A stretch of DNA of 57,978 bases from Candidatus Woesearchaeota archaeon. GTDB lineage: Archaea > Nanobdellota > Nanobdellia > Woesearchaeales > ARS49. This document shows positions 34,353-42,866 of this stretch, in pieces. Each line of letters opens with the position of its first letter. Position 1 is the first letter of the stretch. The position numbers and the translations under genes were made by a program. Where the stretch lies: NCBI GenBank assembly GCA_014729555.1, contig WJJT01000021.1, positions 1-57,978 on the forward strand. Reading direction: 5' to 3'. Below the pieces are notes generated by a model. It saw only the letters and a program-made list of their open reading frames with translations. It had not been told where the DNA came from and did not search any database.

Positions 34353-34655
34353 CTAATGATTTTCTTCTTCAATTCTTCTGATTGTTGCCTGTACAAACCC
34401 TGTGTATCTTGCTACGTCCATTTCTGTGAGCTCTGATATTCGCTTTAGTTTTTGCTCTGTTTCTCTTGCATCTTCCAGTGTTCTGCAGTGTCCTAACTCG
34501 TATTGTACAAGGTCTGTTAATACGTCTTGGGCATCTTCTTTTGATAAAGGAAGCATTTTTACTTTCCCGTCTTCAAATACGCTGCTTGGCTGCATTCTGC
34601 ACTCTACTTCTCTTGGATTGTATGTCATTTTGTCTTCACTCACCTCGGAGTGCAT
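34353..34655 (-). CDS. hypothetical protein with possible C-terminal HTH
   Basis: 100-aa ORF; an alternative start is MTYNPRE at 34628. The C-terminal ISELTEMDVARYTGFVQATIRRIEEE looks helix-turn-helix-like. Confidence 0.45.
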   Translation of the reverse strand: MHSEVSEDKMTYNPREVECRMQPSSVFEDGKVKMLPLSKEDAQDVLTDLVQYELGHCRTLEDARETEQKLKRISELTEMDVARYTGFVQATIRRIEEENH

Positions 34656-34667
34656 TTTTTGGCTGTG

Positions 34668-35396
34668 TTATTTAAATCTTGTGGTTTCCCATAATTTCTT
34701 GATTGCATGCTCTGCAATTGGTTTTAGATTCACTATGTCTTCTTCATTATATTGAACAAGCAGTTCAATGTATTTCCTGTTTCCGGTCATCCGCCATCTT
34801 CTCCAGAGAAAGGCAATGTCTATTTCATCCTTGAATGTCTCTTCTTTTCTTTTTACTCCTAACTGCCGTTCAATATGCTCTAATCCGCCTGTTAATCCTA
34901 TTTTTTGGCACACAAACCGCAGGTCAACATGCGGTATCTTGAAGTCAAAGTTAAAGTATCTCCTCAAAGCAGGCAGGTCAAAGCTTGAACCATTGAAAGT
35001 AACTACCAGTTTATGCTTTGATATTTCTTTTTCCAGTAATCTTTTGTCAAAATTAAATCCTCTCACCATTGTTTTTGTTTCATACCCGTCAAATAATCCT
35101 ATTACAGACACGTTTCCTTCTATGTCTAGAAATATTGTTTCGTCCTTGAATTGTTCATAAAGTCTCCAGTGCTCGCCTGAGGGTAACAAGGAAGCAAAGT
35201 ATTCTGCAGCATCCTTTAATAATTTCTGCCTTGCCTCAAGTAATTGTAAATCAAATTTTTCCTTTCTTTTCTTTGATATTCCTTTTATTTTCTCTGCTTT
35301 TAAGAAGTCATTCCAGCAGGAAACGCCTTGTTTCCATATGTTTTGCTCTGTTTTATGGCTTATTTTGTCTAAAAAGATAAAGCTCTCTCTTATCAT
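34668..35396 (-). CDS. RNase H-like / PolB-exonuclease-like 3'-5' exonuclease (YprB-type)
   Basis: Acidic motifs IFLDIEG, VVTFNGSSFDLPAL and YNEEDIVNL fit the DEDD-like RNase_H_2 family. Confidence 0.7.
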   Translation of the reverse strand: MIRESFIFLDKISHKTEQNIWKQGVSCWNDFLKAEKIKGISKKRKEKFDLQLLEARQKLLKDAAEYFASLLPSGEHWRLYEQFKDETIFLDIEGNVSVIGLFDGYETKTMVRGFNFDKRLLEKEISKHKLVVTFNGSSFDLPALRRYFNFDFKIPHVDLRFVCQKIGLTGGLEHIERQLGVKRKEETFKDEIDIAFLWRRWRMTGNRKYIELLVQYNEEDIVNLKPIAEHAIKKLWETTRFK

Positions 35397-35452
35397 TGCA
35401 GTCTCAAGAATTTGTTTTGTTTATAAGTCCTGCGCGTGCCTGTCCAGTGGCT

Positions 35453-36640
35453 TTAGATTATGCTCCAGAGCTGGTATATTATTCCGAATGAGAAAACCAG
35501 TATTAGCAATGCTGTTAGTGTTCTGCTTATTGTGAGGCTGTATTCTGGTTTTCTTTCCCCTTTTTCCTTTGCTTTCCAGTATGCCAGCATTATGAGTATG
35601 CCGTCTATTCCTCCTGCCACTGCCCCTGCAAATGCGATTATTGTTATAAAGCTTGTCAGCCCCAGCATTGCAATGCATAGTGGGGGGATTACTGTTAAAA
35701 AGAATGCTGTGTGCTTGTGAAGCTTGCAGTCATACATATACATTTCTTTTAGTGCCAGTCCAAGCCCGAGGAATGATGTCAGCATTGCAAATGCTGCGAA
35801 CAGGTTTGCTATGAATGCAAGGTGTGGTTCTGAAAATATGCTTAATGCTACTGTTGCTATTCTTTCATTTGGTCCCAGCAGGTCAAAGTTGCCAAGCCCT
35901 ACTATTCCCAGGACAATAAAGGCAAAGATAAAATACAGTACTACTGGTGTTACGCTTCCTATTATTATTGCTTTCTTGAGCTTTTGTTTGTCTTTTGCAA
36001 GCTCTAGTCTTAGTTCTGGTATTGCTGCTGTCCCTACAAACGCGAATAGTATCACTCCGTATGGCAGGAAGAAGTTTTTTAAGTGTATTCCTGTCAGGTA
36101 TGCAGGGTTTATCTTGTCATATGCAAATGCTCCTATCAAGAATATTGTTATCACCATTACTGCTGTTATTGCCAGTTCTGCTCTTCCTGTGGCTTTTATG
36201 CCGTGGTATAATACTGCTGCTGCCAGCAGAAAGAATGCAAGTGAGTATAGCCATGGCTGGCCGCCGATTATTGTACTGAATATCTCTCCCTGCCCCAGGA
36301 TATATGCTGTCAGTGCTCCGTATATTCCGATCATCATTGAGAGCATCATGAAGTATTTTCCTGATCTACCAAGGTATTTCTCCATATAGCCGGATAACTG
36401 GTGTATCCCTTTTGTTCTTAGTGATATCTCTCCTATGCATAGGTGAAGTATGAGGATTATCAGGCCCAGCACCAGTAAATGTATTATTCCGATGAATAGC
36501 CCGCTTTGTGCTATTGCATATGGTATTCCAAGAACTCCTGCTCCCACTATTGTGCCCATTAGTGTGGCTGATGCTACCCAGAGATTGTTTCTTCTGAAAA
36601 ATCCTTTGTATTCTTTTCTTACTCTGCCTCTTTTGAACAT
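35453..36640 (-). CDS. amino acid permease (Trp/Tyr-permease/AAAP-like)
   Basis: About 11 TM helices. N-terminal WVASATLMGTIVGAGVLGIPYAIAQSG is characteristic. Confidence 0.75.
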   Translation of the reverse strand: MFKRGRVRKEYKGFFRRNNLWVASATLMGTIVGAGVLGIPYAIAQSGLFIGIIHLLVLGLIILILHLCIGEISLRTKGIHQLSGYMEKYLGRSGKYFMMLSMMIGIYGALTAYILGQGEIFSTIIGGQPWLYSLAFFLLAAAVLYHGIKATGRAELAITAVMVITIFLIGAFAYDKINPAYLTGIHLKNFFLPYGVILFAFVGTAAIPELRLELAKDKQKLKKAIIIGSVTPVVLYFIFAFIVLGIVGLGNFDLLGPNERIATVALSIFSEPHLAFIANLFAAFAMLTSFLGLGLALKEMYMYDCKLHKHTAFFLTVIPPLCIAMLGLTSFITIIAFAGAVAGGIDGILIMLAYWKAKEKGERKPEYSLTISRTLTALLILVFSFGIIYQLWSII

Positions 36641-36710
36641 GTTTCTGGATTACAAAAGAATCTGCTTATTAATTTTTTGTTTTTAAGTCCTGCAGATGGA
36701 TTTCTTGTTG

Positions 36711-37316
36711 CTATAATCTTGAAATATCTATTGTCCAGTCAAGAAATTCCATAAAGTCGTATCTATCTTGTATCAAAGGATGGTTATCTTGCAGTTCTGA
36801 AGCAATTCTTTTTGCGCTCTGTGCAAGCTGCAGTTTATAGATTCCTATTGGTACCTCTGTCTTGAATGCTCTCCGCCTGTAATCCAGCCAGCTGATTTCA
36901 GCAATTCTTTTGCCAGGCACTGGTTGTATGCAGACAGTTGGGTTTGGCTCCCACCCGCGTAAAAGGTGTGTTCTGCGCCAGTGGTCAAACTTGCCCCCGT
37001 CATCCTCTGTGCCTGTTTTGTCTCTTTCAAGGTAATATTTGTTTATGCCTTCTTCTGCATATGCACCTGTCTGCAGGTACTGCCTGATGTTGCGCACAAA
37101 CCAGGATAATGTGTCAATTGGGTAGCTGGTTTCATCAAGAACCGTGTTTCCTCTTGCATTTAGTGTGAATCTTCCCCCAAAAGGCTCTCCACATATCCCA
37201 AAAAGTTCTTCTCTTTTTAGTTCACTGTTTATCTCTTCTGTCGGCCTGTCAAATGAAATAAGTAAATCTATGCAGTATTCATTTTGAGCCCCAACATACT
37301 GAGGTATTCTTTGCAT
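36711..37316 (-). CDS. hypothetical protein
   Basis: 201-aa ORF, 9 nt downstream of the UDG-like gene. No recognisable motif. Confidence 0.55.
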   Translation of the reverse strand: MQRIPQYVGAQNEYCIDLLISFDRPTEEINSELKREELFGICGEPFGGRFTLNARGNTVLDETSYPIDTLSWFVRNIRQYLQTGAYAEEGINKYYLERDKTGTEDDGGKFDHWRRTHLLRGWEPNPTVCIQPVPGKRIAEISWLDYRRRAFKTEVPIGIYKLQLAQSAKRIASELQDNHPLIQDRYDFMEFLDWTIDISRL

Positions 37317-37325
37317 GTATGCTGT

Positions 37326-37982
37326 TCACGGCAGTTTCTTTAAAAGCTTTAGTATTTCAACTGCTTTCTTAGGCTCCCCTCTTCCTACAGGAAAGTAAGA
37401 AGGTATCACTTTATATGTCTCAGAATCAATTTTCAGGCCATAAGTTCTTAATTTCTTTGTCTTCATTGCTTCTTTGTAATACTCCCCTAGTTTTATCTTG
37501 CGCCCCGTCAGGTGTTCAAATGGTATCAGCCCCATTGTGACTATGTATTTGGGATTCACTATCTTGATTTCTTCTTTCAAGAGAGGAATATATGCTTTTA
37601 TTTTTCTGGCTTTGGGGAGGTCTGCTGTTTCCCCTGTCCATTTGACGATGTTTGTCAGGTAAAGCCCTTGTTTTGCGATTGATTTATAGACTTTTTCTGC
37701 GAGAAATGTGGACCAGGTGTCGCTTTTTTCTATGACTTTCATCAGCTGGCTGTTGAACAGGCCTGCCTTATGGAGGACTCTCCATACTGGTTTTGTGCCT
37801 ATGAACGGTGCTCTAAAGCCTTTCCATCCTGGATGAGAGCTTATATTTGCCTTGGTTGGGTTGATAAAAACCAGCATGAATTTTGGGTTTTTGCATTTCC
37901 CGTTTCCCATTATTGGATTATATCTGCTGGGAAATTCCTTGCTTAGCTTGTCAACTTCTTTCCAGATTTCCTTTAGTTTCAT
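37326..37982 (-). CDS. uracil-DNA glycosylase superfamily protein (atypical motif 1)
   Basis: FMLVFINPT (motif-1 position, closer to the GINPG/GMNPG of MUG/SMUG than to family-4 GEAPG). LYLTNIVKW, PKYIVTMGLIPFEHL. No C-terminal HPS motif. Confidence 0.6.
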   Translation of the reverse strand: MKLKEIWKEVDKLSKEFPSRYNPIMGNGKCKNPKFMLVFINPTKANISSHPGWKGFRAPFIGTKPVWRVLHKAGLFNSQLMKVIEKSDTWSTFLAEKVYKSIAKQGLYLTNIVKWTGETADLPKARKIKAYIPLLKEEIKIVNPKYIVTMGLIPFEHLTGRKIKLGEYYKEAMKTKKLRTYGLKIDSETYKVIPSYFPVGRGEPKKAVEILKLLKKLP

Positions 37983-38683
37983 TTGAGCGTGAAATATACT
38001 CTTCTGTTGTTCTTTCCTTTGTTCTCTGCATTAACTGCTTCTATCTCTCCCACCTCTTTTGTTGATTTTACGTGTGTTCCGCCGTCTGCCTGCGTGTCAA
38101 ATCCCTCTATCTCTACCATTCTCAATTCTTTTACAGCTGGAGGCAGGACATTTGCAAGTTTTGTTACAGAGGGTATTTTAATCGCCTCATCTCTTGGAAG
38201 TGTGTATATCTTGATCGGCAGATCCTTTTGAACAATCTCGTTTGCTTTTGCAGTATATTCTTTTATTTTCTCCCTGTCAAAGTTCTCTAGGCTGAAATCG
38301 ATGCGGGACTTGTCTGTATTCAGTTGGTTTCCTGTTATCATTGCTCCTGTTTCTTTGTGGAATATTTCTGAGAGTATGTGTGCTGCTGTGTGCATTCTCA
38401 TTAGCTTGTGTCTTCTGTCCCAGTCAAGCGCTCCGTGCACCTTATCACCTGTTTGCAAGCCTTCTTTGTCCACTTCATGGCTCACGTCCGGCCCTTTTTT
38501 CTTTGCAAACATCACTGTATATTCTTCTCCGTCTGTTATAAGCTTTCCTTTGTCTGTTGGCTGTCCTCCGCCCTGTGGATAGAATGCTGTTTTGTCTAAT
38601 ACAATGAATTTGCCGTCAACTTTTTTCACAACTGCATCAAATTCTTTTGCATAGCAGTCATTCATGTATATTAGTTCTGTCAT
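37979..38683 (-). CDS. alaX: alanyl-tRNA editing protein AlaX (AlaX-M type)
   Basis: TAFYPQGGGQPTDKG, Zn motif MRMHTAAHILS, ADGGTHVKST. Confidence 0.9.
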   Translation of the reverse strand: MTELIYMNDCYAKEFDAVVKKVDGKFIVLDKTAFYPQGGGQPTDKGKLITDGEEYTVMFAKKKGPDVSHEVDKEGLQTGDKVHGALDWDRRHKLMRMHTAAHILSEIFHKETGAMITGNQLNTDKSRIDFSLENFDREKIKEYTAKANEIVQKDLPIKIYTLPRDEAIKIPSVTKLANVLPPAVKELRMVEIEGFDTQADGGTHVKSTKEVGEIEAVNAENKGKNNRRVYFTLK

Positions 38684-38693
38684 TTTACCACCC

Positions 38694-39269
38694 TTAGTAT
38701 ATTTTTGGAATTATTTTTTTGGTTTTTTCCATGTAAGCAAGGTATTCTTTTCCAAATTCTTTTATCAATATTCCCTCTTCTGCGCTTATCCTGTAAAGCA
38801 GCGCAGGGATATAAAAGACTATCAGTGCAAGCACTCCGTAAAAAGAGGAAAACGCTATTGCCAGTCCAAAGAATATGAGCAGCATTCCAAGATACATTGG
38901 GTGCCTTATGTGTTTGTAGAGCCCTTTTTTGACTAGCTTGTGGTCTTTTTGCACGACCACCTCAAAGCTGAAGAATCTGTCAAGTTCTTTTCTTGCGTAT
39001 ATTCTTATCAAGCCTCCTATGAATATCAATAGCACCCCTACATAACTGTATATTGTTGTTGCAGGCCTTAGCTTGATGAATTCTCCGGCAATTATGCCTA
39101 TGCACAGCGTGTTGACAACAATCATCATCCAGAATGATTCTCTTTCTTTTATTTTCACTTTGTGCACTTTTACTATTCCTGTTTTAAATATGTCTTTGGA
39201 TAATAATAAGAATGTGATTACCCATAATGCTACAAATACTCCTATCAGCAGGTAGACAACATCAATCAT
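38694..39269 (-). CDS. isoprenylcysteine carboxyl methyltransferase (ICMT)/phospholipid methyltransferase family protein
   Basis: Five TM helices. GLYKHIRHPMYLGMLL and EEGILIKEFGKEY. Confidence 0.8.
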   Translation of the reverse strand: MIDVVYLLIGVFVALWVITFLLLSKDIFKTGIVKVHKVKIKERESFWMMIVVNTLCIGIIAGEFIKLRPATTIYSYVGVLLIFIGGLIRIYARKELDRFFSFEVVVQKDHKLVKKGLYKHIRHPMYLGMLLIFFGLAIAFSSFYGVLALIVFYIPALLYRISAEEGILIKEFGKEYLAYMEKTKKIIPKIY

Positions 39270-39912
39270 GTTTTTTTACACCTCTCTTTTTGCAGTGTTT
39301 GTTCACAGGGCATTTTGAGCATTTTGGAATTCTTGGCAGGCAAATTGTCTGCCCGTGAAGCACAAGCACTTCATTGACAATCATCCAGTATTTTTTCGGC
39401 ACTAGATTTTCCAGGGCGCCTTGTGTTTTCTCAGGGGTTTTTGTCTTGACCCATCCCAGGCGGTTGCTCACCCGGAAAACATGCGTGTCTACTGGTATTG
39501 CCGGCTTTCCAAAGGCGTAAACCAGCATGCATGCAGCCACTTTCTGCCCTACTCCTGGCAGTTTTTTCAGCTCTTTTTCATCTCGTGGCACTTTGCCTTT
39601 ATATTTGTTTTGCATTGTTTTTGCTGCTTTTATTATGTTTTTAGCCTTGTTCTTGTAGAATCCTATTCTCTTGATTATTTTTTCAACATCTTTTTGTTTT
39701 GCATTTGCAAGGCTTTTTACTGTAGGATACTTCTTGAAAAGTTCTTTAGAAACAGGCAGTGTCACAACATCTCTTGCTCTTGCACTGAGTATTGTGCTTA
39801 TCAGCATCTTGTATGCATTTCTGGACTTGCTAATTGTGCCGAGCATGGAAAGTCCTGTGTGATATTTATGAAGTATCTTGAGTACTTTTACTGCCTCTTC
39901 TTTTGTGGCCAT
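39262..39912 (-). CDS. nth: endonuclease III (HhH-GPD DNA glycosylase/AP lyase)
   Basis: HhH LPGVGQKVAACMLVYAFG, VDTHVFRVSNRLG. 4Fe-4S loop CLPRIPKCSKCPVNKHC. Confidence 0.9.
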   Translation of the reverse strand: MATKEEAVKVLKILHKYHTGLSMLGTISKSRNAYKMLISTILSARARDVVTLPVSKELFKKYPTVKSLANAKQKDVEKIIKRIGFYKNKAKNIIKAAKTMQNKYKGKVPRDEKELKKLPGVGQKVAACMLVYAFGKPAIPVDTHVFRVSNRLGWVKTKTPEKTQGALENLVPKKYWMIVNEVLVLHGQTICLPRIPKCSKCPVNKHCKKRGVKKHD

Positions 39913-39953
39913 ATCTAGAACGCTTCTTCTGTATTATTTAAAGTTTTTGAGAA

Positions 39954-40352
39954 TTACTCTTTCTTTTTTGGCAGGGGAAACTTTGGCACTGGCCCTTTTT
40001 TCAGGAGCTCCCGGTATTCATTAACATCTTCTGGCTTTTCAAAGAGAATTTCATAGACATCGCCTTCTCCGTGCCTGACGCAGCTTTCTGCATCATGGTC
40101 CCTGCAAAGCTGTGGCCTTTTGTCATAGATTTTGCAGTTGTCGTCTTTATCAAGCATCCTGCAGTTTGTTGCAAACTCTACAAGCCAGTCCCCTTCATTG
40201 TCCTTGTATACTGTAATGTTTTCATGGCACAGCATCCACTTTATCTCGTCCCAGTCTGTCTCGCAGTCTGGCTCGTCCAGTTCTACCGCCACAAATTTGC
40301 AGCATAGTGCTGGGCAGCCGTTGCATGGGTTTTCTTCTGGTACTTTTGCCAT
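39954..40352 (-). CDS. YkgJ/UPF0153-family Cys-cluster protein
   Basis: CNGCPALCCKF (CxxCxxxCC) plus downstream CRMLDKDDNCKIYDKRPQLCRDH. Confidence 0.7.
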   Translation of the reverse strand: MAKVPEENPCNGCPALCCKFVAVELDEPDCETDWDEIKWMLCHENITVYKDNEGDWLVEFATNCRMLDKDDNCKIYDKRPQLCRDHDAESCVRHGEGDVYEILFEKPEDVNEYRELLKKGPVPKFPLPKKKE

Positions 40353-40442
40353 GCTGTGCTAAAATTTATTGCCCCTTTAAAAGCTTTTTGTTTACTGAAT
40401 ATGCACAAAGCTTTAAAACTGGCACAGGTTATTATACAGTAT

Positions 40443-40901
40443 ATGGCTTTTTCAGAATTATGCGCTTTTGGAAAATATTACTGTTTTGGGTGCTGTATTA
40501 TTGATGGTGCTGTGCCTGGCAGGAAGGATCTTGCAGAGGCTTTTAAGAGGAATACTATTACATTCAGGCAGTTCAGGAATCTTAGGAGCTTTGCAGAGCG
40601 GGAAAACTCTGGTGATGTCAGGGCCTGCGGTGTCTGCAATAATCTCACCATACAAAATAATAGGATTATCTGCCCCCTTCATCCAAAGCTTGCAGGAAAA
40701 GAATTGAGAAAAAGAAATTTCTGCTTCAAGGATTATCTCTGCGAGACTGCAGAGGTATTCAACAAATGGCCTCAGGAAAAGCAGAAGAGATTCCTTAAGT
40801 TCATCAGGGCAAAGAATCCTGACTGGTTCTCTTTTTCCATGAATATTGAGAATGGCTCCTGGCTTAAGGAGTTTAAGCAGAGAGAAGCAAGGATAAAATA
40901 A
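40443..40901 (+). CDS. Cys-rich hypothetical protein (start uncertain)
   Basis: The ORF is open from 40356. I prefer the ATG at 40443 because TTTAAAAG at about 40377-40384 could be its TATA box. Contains CAFGKYYCFGCC and CGVCNNLTIQNNRIICPLH. Confidence 0.5.
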   Translation: MAFSELCAFGKYYCFGCCIIDGAVPGRKDLAEAFKRNTITFRQFRNLRSFAERENSGDVRACGVCNNLTIQNNRIICPLHPKLAGKELRKRNFCFKDYLCETAEVFNKWPQEKQKRFLKFIRAKNPDWFSFSMNIENGSWLKEFKQREARIK

Positions 40902-40907
40902 GAGAAT

Positions 40908-41261
40908 TCAATTACGATAAATACAGCGAACAGTCAGGTCATTAAAATTCATTAGCATAACTCTTTTTTCAACATGTTGTATGTTGTCAATATCAAATCC
41001 ATACTCGCCTGCTCCTGCAATTTGCGGGTTATCCTTGTTTTCCTGAAGAAATGAAATACACTCTTGGACATCTAAAGGATTATTGTTGCAGGTTAGGCAA
41101 TCAATTTGAATCCTGTTTGCACGCAGCTCCCCACTCTCCAATTTGTCTTTAATAGAATCTCCAACAGATTCTCCGAGAATTATTAAAGCTAACAGGCCCC
41201 CACACAACACAATCAAGATTATTAGTATTACCAAAATAATAGTCAGTAAGGATTTTTTCAT
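40908..41261 (-). CDS. signal-anchored hypothetical protein
   Basis: TM helix LLTIILVILIILIVLCGGLLALIIL, then DCLTCNNNPLDVQEC. Confidence 0.55.
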   Translation of the reverse strand: MKKSLLTIILVILIILIVLCGGLLALIILGESVGDSIKDKLESGELRANRIQIDCLTCNNNPLDVQECISFLQENKDNPQIAGAGEYGFDIDNIQHVEKRVMLMNFNDLTVRCIYRN

Positions 41262-41352
41262 TATTCGCTAGTACATGCCAGATATTTATAAAGATTCACT
41301 TCTCCATCACCCAAACATACTCCTGATTGTCTTGAACTTGAACCCTATTTCT

Positions 41353-41871
41353 TTATATGCCTCTATTCAGAATATTCTTGATTTTGTTCACAAAAAGAAC
41401 TGCCTGTATTCTTAATTTTTTCACTTCTTTTTTGTCAAACAATGTTTTTGTGGAATATGCCGCATCTTCTCTTTTGTTTTTTGCTTCTACATAAAACAGT
41501 ATATCCTTGTAGTCCAGGAACTTGGATAAAAGCGCGATATCTTCCTCAGTTAATTCGTTTTTATAAAATTCTTTAATAAGAATACACATTGTTGCAAGAT
41601 GGCTCTTTGATGTGTAGCCTTTTGTTTGTATCAGTGCAAGCGCTGCATGATAACAGGCATAGTAGCATCCTGTTATTGCCCAGTCAGGAAAATCTTTTGC
41701 CTGCACTTCTGCAATAAATCTGAGATTGTGATCTGCTTTGAGCAAATGGCCTTTTATTTCTGCTCTATCTATATCCTGCTTAAACAGGAGTTTATTATTA
41801 ATGCATTCTTTTATCTTTGCATCGACTATTTCTGGGGTGTTTATTAATTTTTGAACATCATACTCTTTCAT
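41353..41871 (-). CDS. HEPN domain protein (toxin-like partner of MNT)
   Basis: Helical protein with CYYACYHAALALIQTKGYTSKSHLAT and EAKNKREDAAYS at the R-x4-H/Y position. Overlaps the upstream MNT gene by 14 nt. Start set at MKEYDVQ. Confidence 0.7.
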   Translation of the reverse strand: MKEYDVQKLINTPEIVDAKIKECINNKLLFKQDIDRAEIKGHLLKADHNLRFIAEVQAKDFPDWAITGCYYACYHAALALIQTKGYTSKSHLATMCILIKEFYKNELTEEDIALLSKFLDYKDILFYVEAKNKREDAAYSTKTLFDKKEVKKLRIQAVLFVNKIKNILNRGI

Positions 41872-42460
41872 TATACAATGCCTCATAATAGCGTATATGA
41901 TTTATTAAAGGATATCCTGACTGCAGTGCGGACTGTACTACTTTGTCCTCTTCCATTTTTAATTCTGTTAAAAAATCACTATATTTTATTTGAAATGTAC
42001 TGATTTTTATTGCAGCCAGTGCATCTGCTTCTTTTTCAGCACCTCTTGCAGAAATCTTATTATTGGTGATTATCAAAATGTCTATATCTGAATCTTCTTT
42101 GTATGTTCCTTTTGCAGTAGAGCCAAAAAGCACAGCAAAAACCGGCTTTTCAGGCAGCTTATCCAGGTAAGCGCGTATTGCATTCTTTCTAATACTAGGA
42201 AGCTTTTCAAACCGCTCAATATCAAATAATTCCATAACTGCGTAAGCATGAACAGTTCTTTTTAATGAATATTTCTTAAGATTACCTTCTTTTTCAGATT
42301 TAAGAATTTTCTCTTTTTCAAGTGACTGCAAAAATCGTGTAACACTAGGTTCGTGAAGTTTAGTCTGCCTGGCAATTTCTCTCAAGTGAAGCTTTGCATT
42401 CTTATCCTTATAAAAAAGCTGCATAATCTTCCAAAATCCAGATTTTAAAATTGTTATCAT
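41858..42460 (-). CDS. minimal nucleotidyltransferase (MNT) with N-terminal winged-HTH
   Basis: AVLFGSTAKGTYKEDSDIDILI (GS-x9-D-x-D NTase motif). The N-terminal LHLREIARQTKLHEPSVTRFLQSLEKEKIL is wHTH-like. Confidence 0.8.
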   Translation of the reverse strand: MITILKSGFWKIMQLFYKDKNAKLHLREIARQTKLHEPSVTRFLQSLEKEKILKSEKEGNLKKYSLKRTVHAYAVMELFDIERFEKLPSIRKNAIRAYLDKLPEKPVFAVLFGSTAKGTYKEDSDIDILIITNNKISARGAEKEADALAAIKISTFQIKYSDFLTELKMEEDKVVQSALQSGYPLINHIRYYEALYNERV

Positions 42461-42465
42461 TTTAA

Positions 42466-42490
42466 TAACAATTGTTACTATTATAGTAAC
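42466..42490 (-). promoter_or_regulatory. overlapping perfect palindromes between TATA box and MNT start (candidate operator)
   Basis: TAACAATTGTTA (42466-42477) overlaps GTTACTAT-T-ATAGTAAC (42474-42490). A further TTGTTA copy at 42451-42456 abuts the ATG (42458-42460). TTTATATA lies on the minus strand at about 42492-42499. Confidence 0.5.
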
Positions 42491-42780
42491 ATATATAAAG
42501 CTTTTGGAACATTCTTCTTTGCCAGGCTAATCATTGTGTCAGATATGTCAACTGCAGTAACCTTGAAACCTCTTTTAACTAGTTCTTTAGTTATTGGCAC
42601 TCCTGGACCACATCCCAGGTCCAGAACACAAGCATTTTTCGGCAGGCTTTTACAAAACAGATTAAACATTTTCAAATAAGTCTTATGTTTAATATAAGGA
42701 GAAGCAGTTCTTTTTCCAATCACATCCCAAGCCTTCTTGCTTAAATCCAATACCTCCATAGTATAAATGCCTTTTAACAA
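42481..42780 (-). pseudogene. truncated class I SAM-dependent methyltransferase (N-terminal fragment only)
   Basis: VLDLGCGPGVPITKELVKRGFKVTAVDISDTMISLAKKNVPKA is motif I through post-I. The ORF then stops (LYMLL*) exactly at the TA-cassette promoter. Motifs II-III are missing. Confidence 0.6.
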
Positions 42781-42866
42781 GTAAATAAATATTTCGATTT
42801 TAAACTGTTCTGATCCACAGGTTTCTTTCCAAAACCTATAAATACCACCGCTTTCTCCAGAGCAGT

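Noticed and set aside
35724-36389. 221-aa plus-strand ORF
   Set aside because: Antisense to the amino acid permease, whose TM pattern and N-terminal motif are convincing.
41296-41352. 18-codon open stretch (RNRVQVQDNQEYVWVMEK*) right after the HEPN stop, as a possible 3' remnant of the disrupted methyltransferase
   Set aside because: It is too short to assign, and it sits in the same frame as HEPN by chance or as readthrough context. It is mentioned only as something to test by alignment to intact orthologues.
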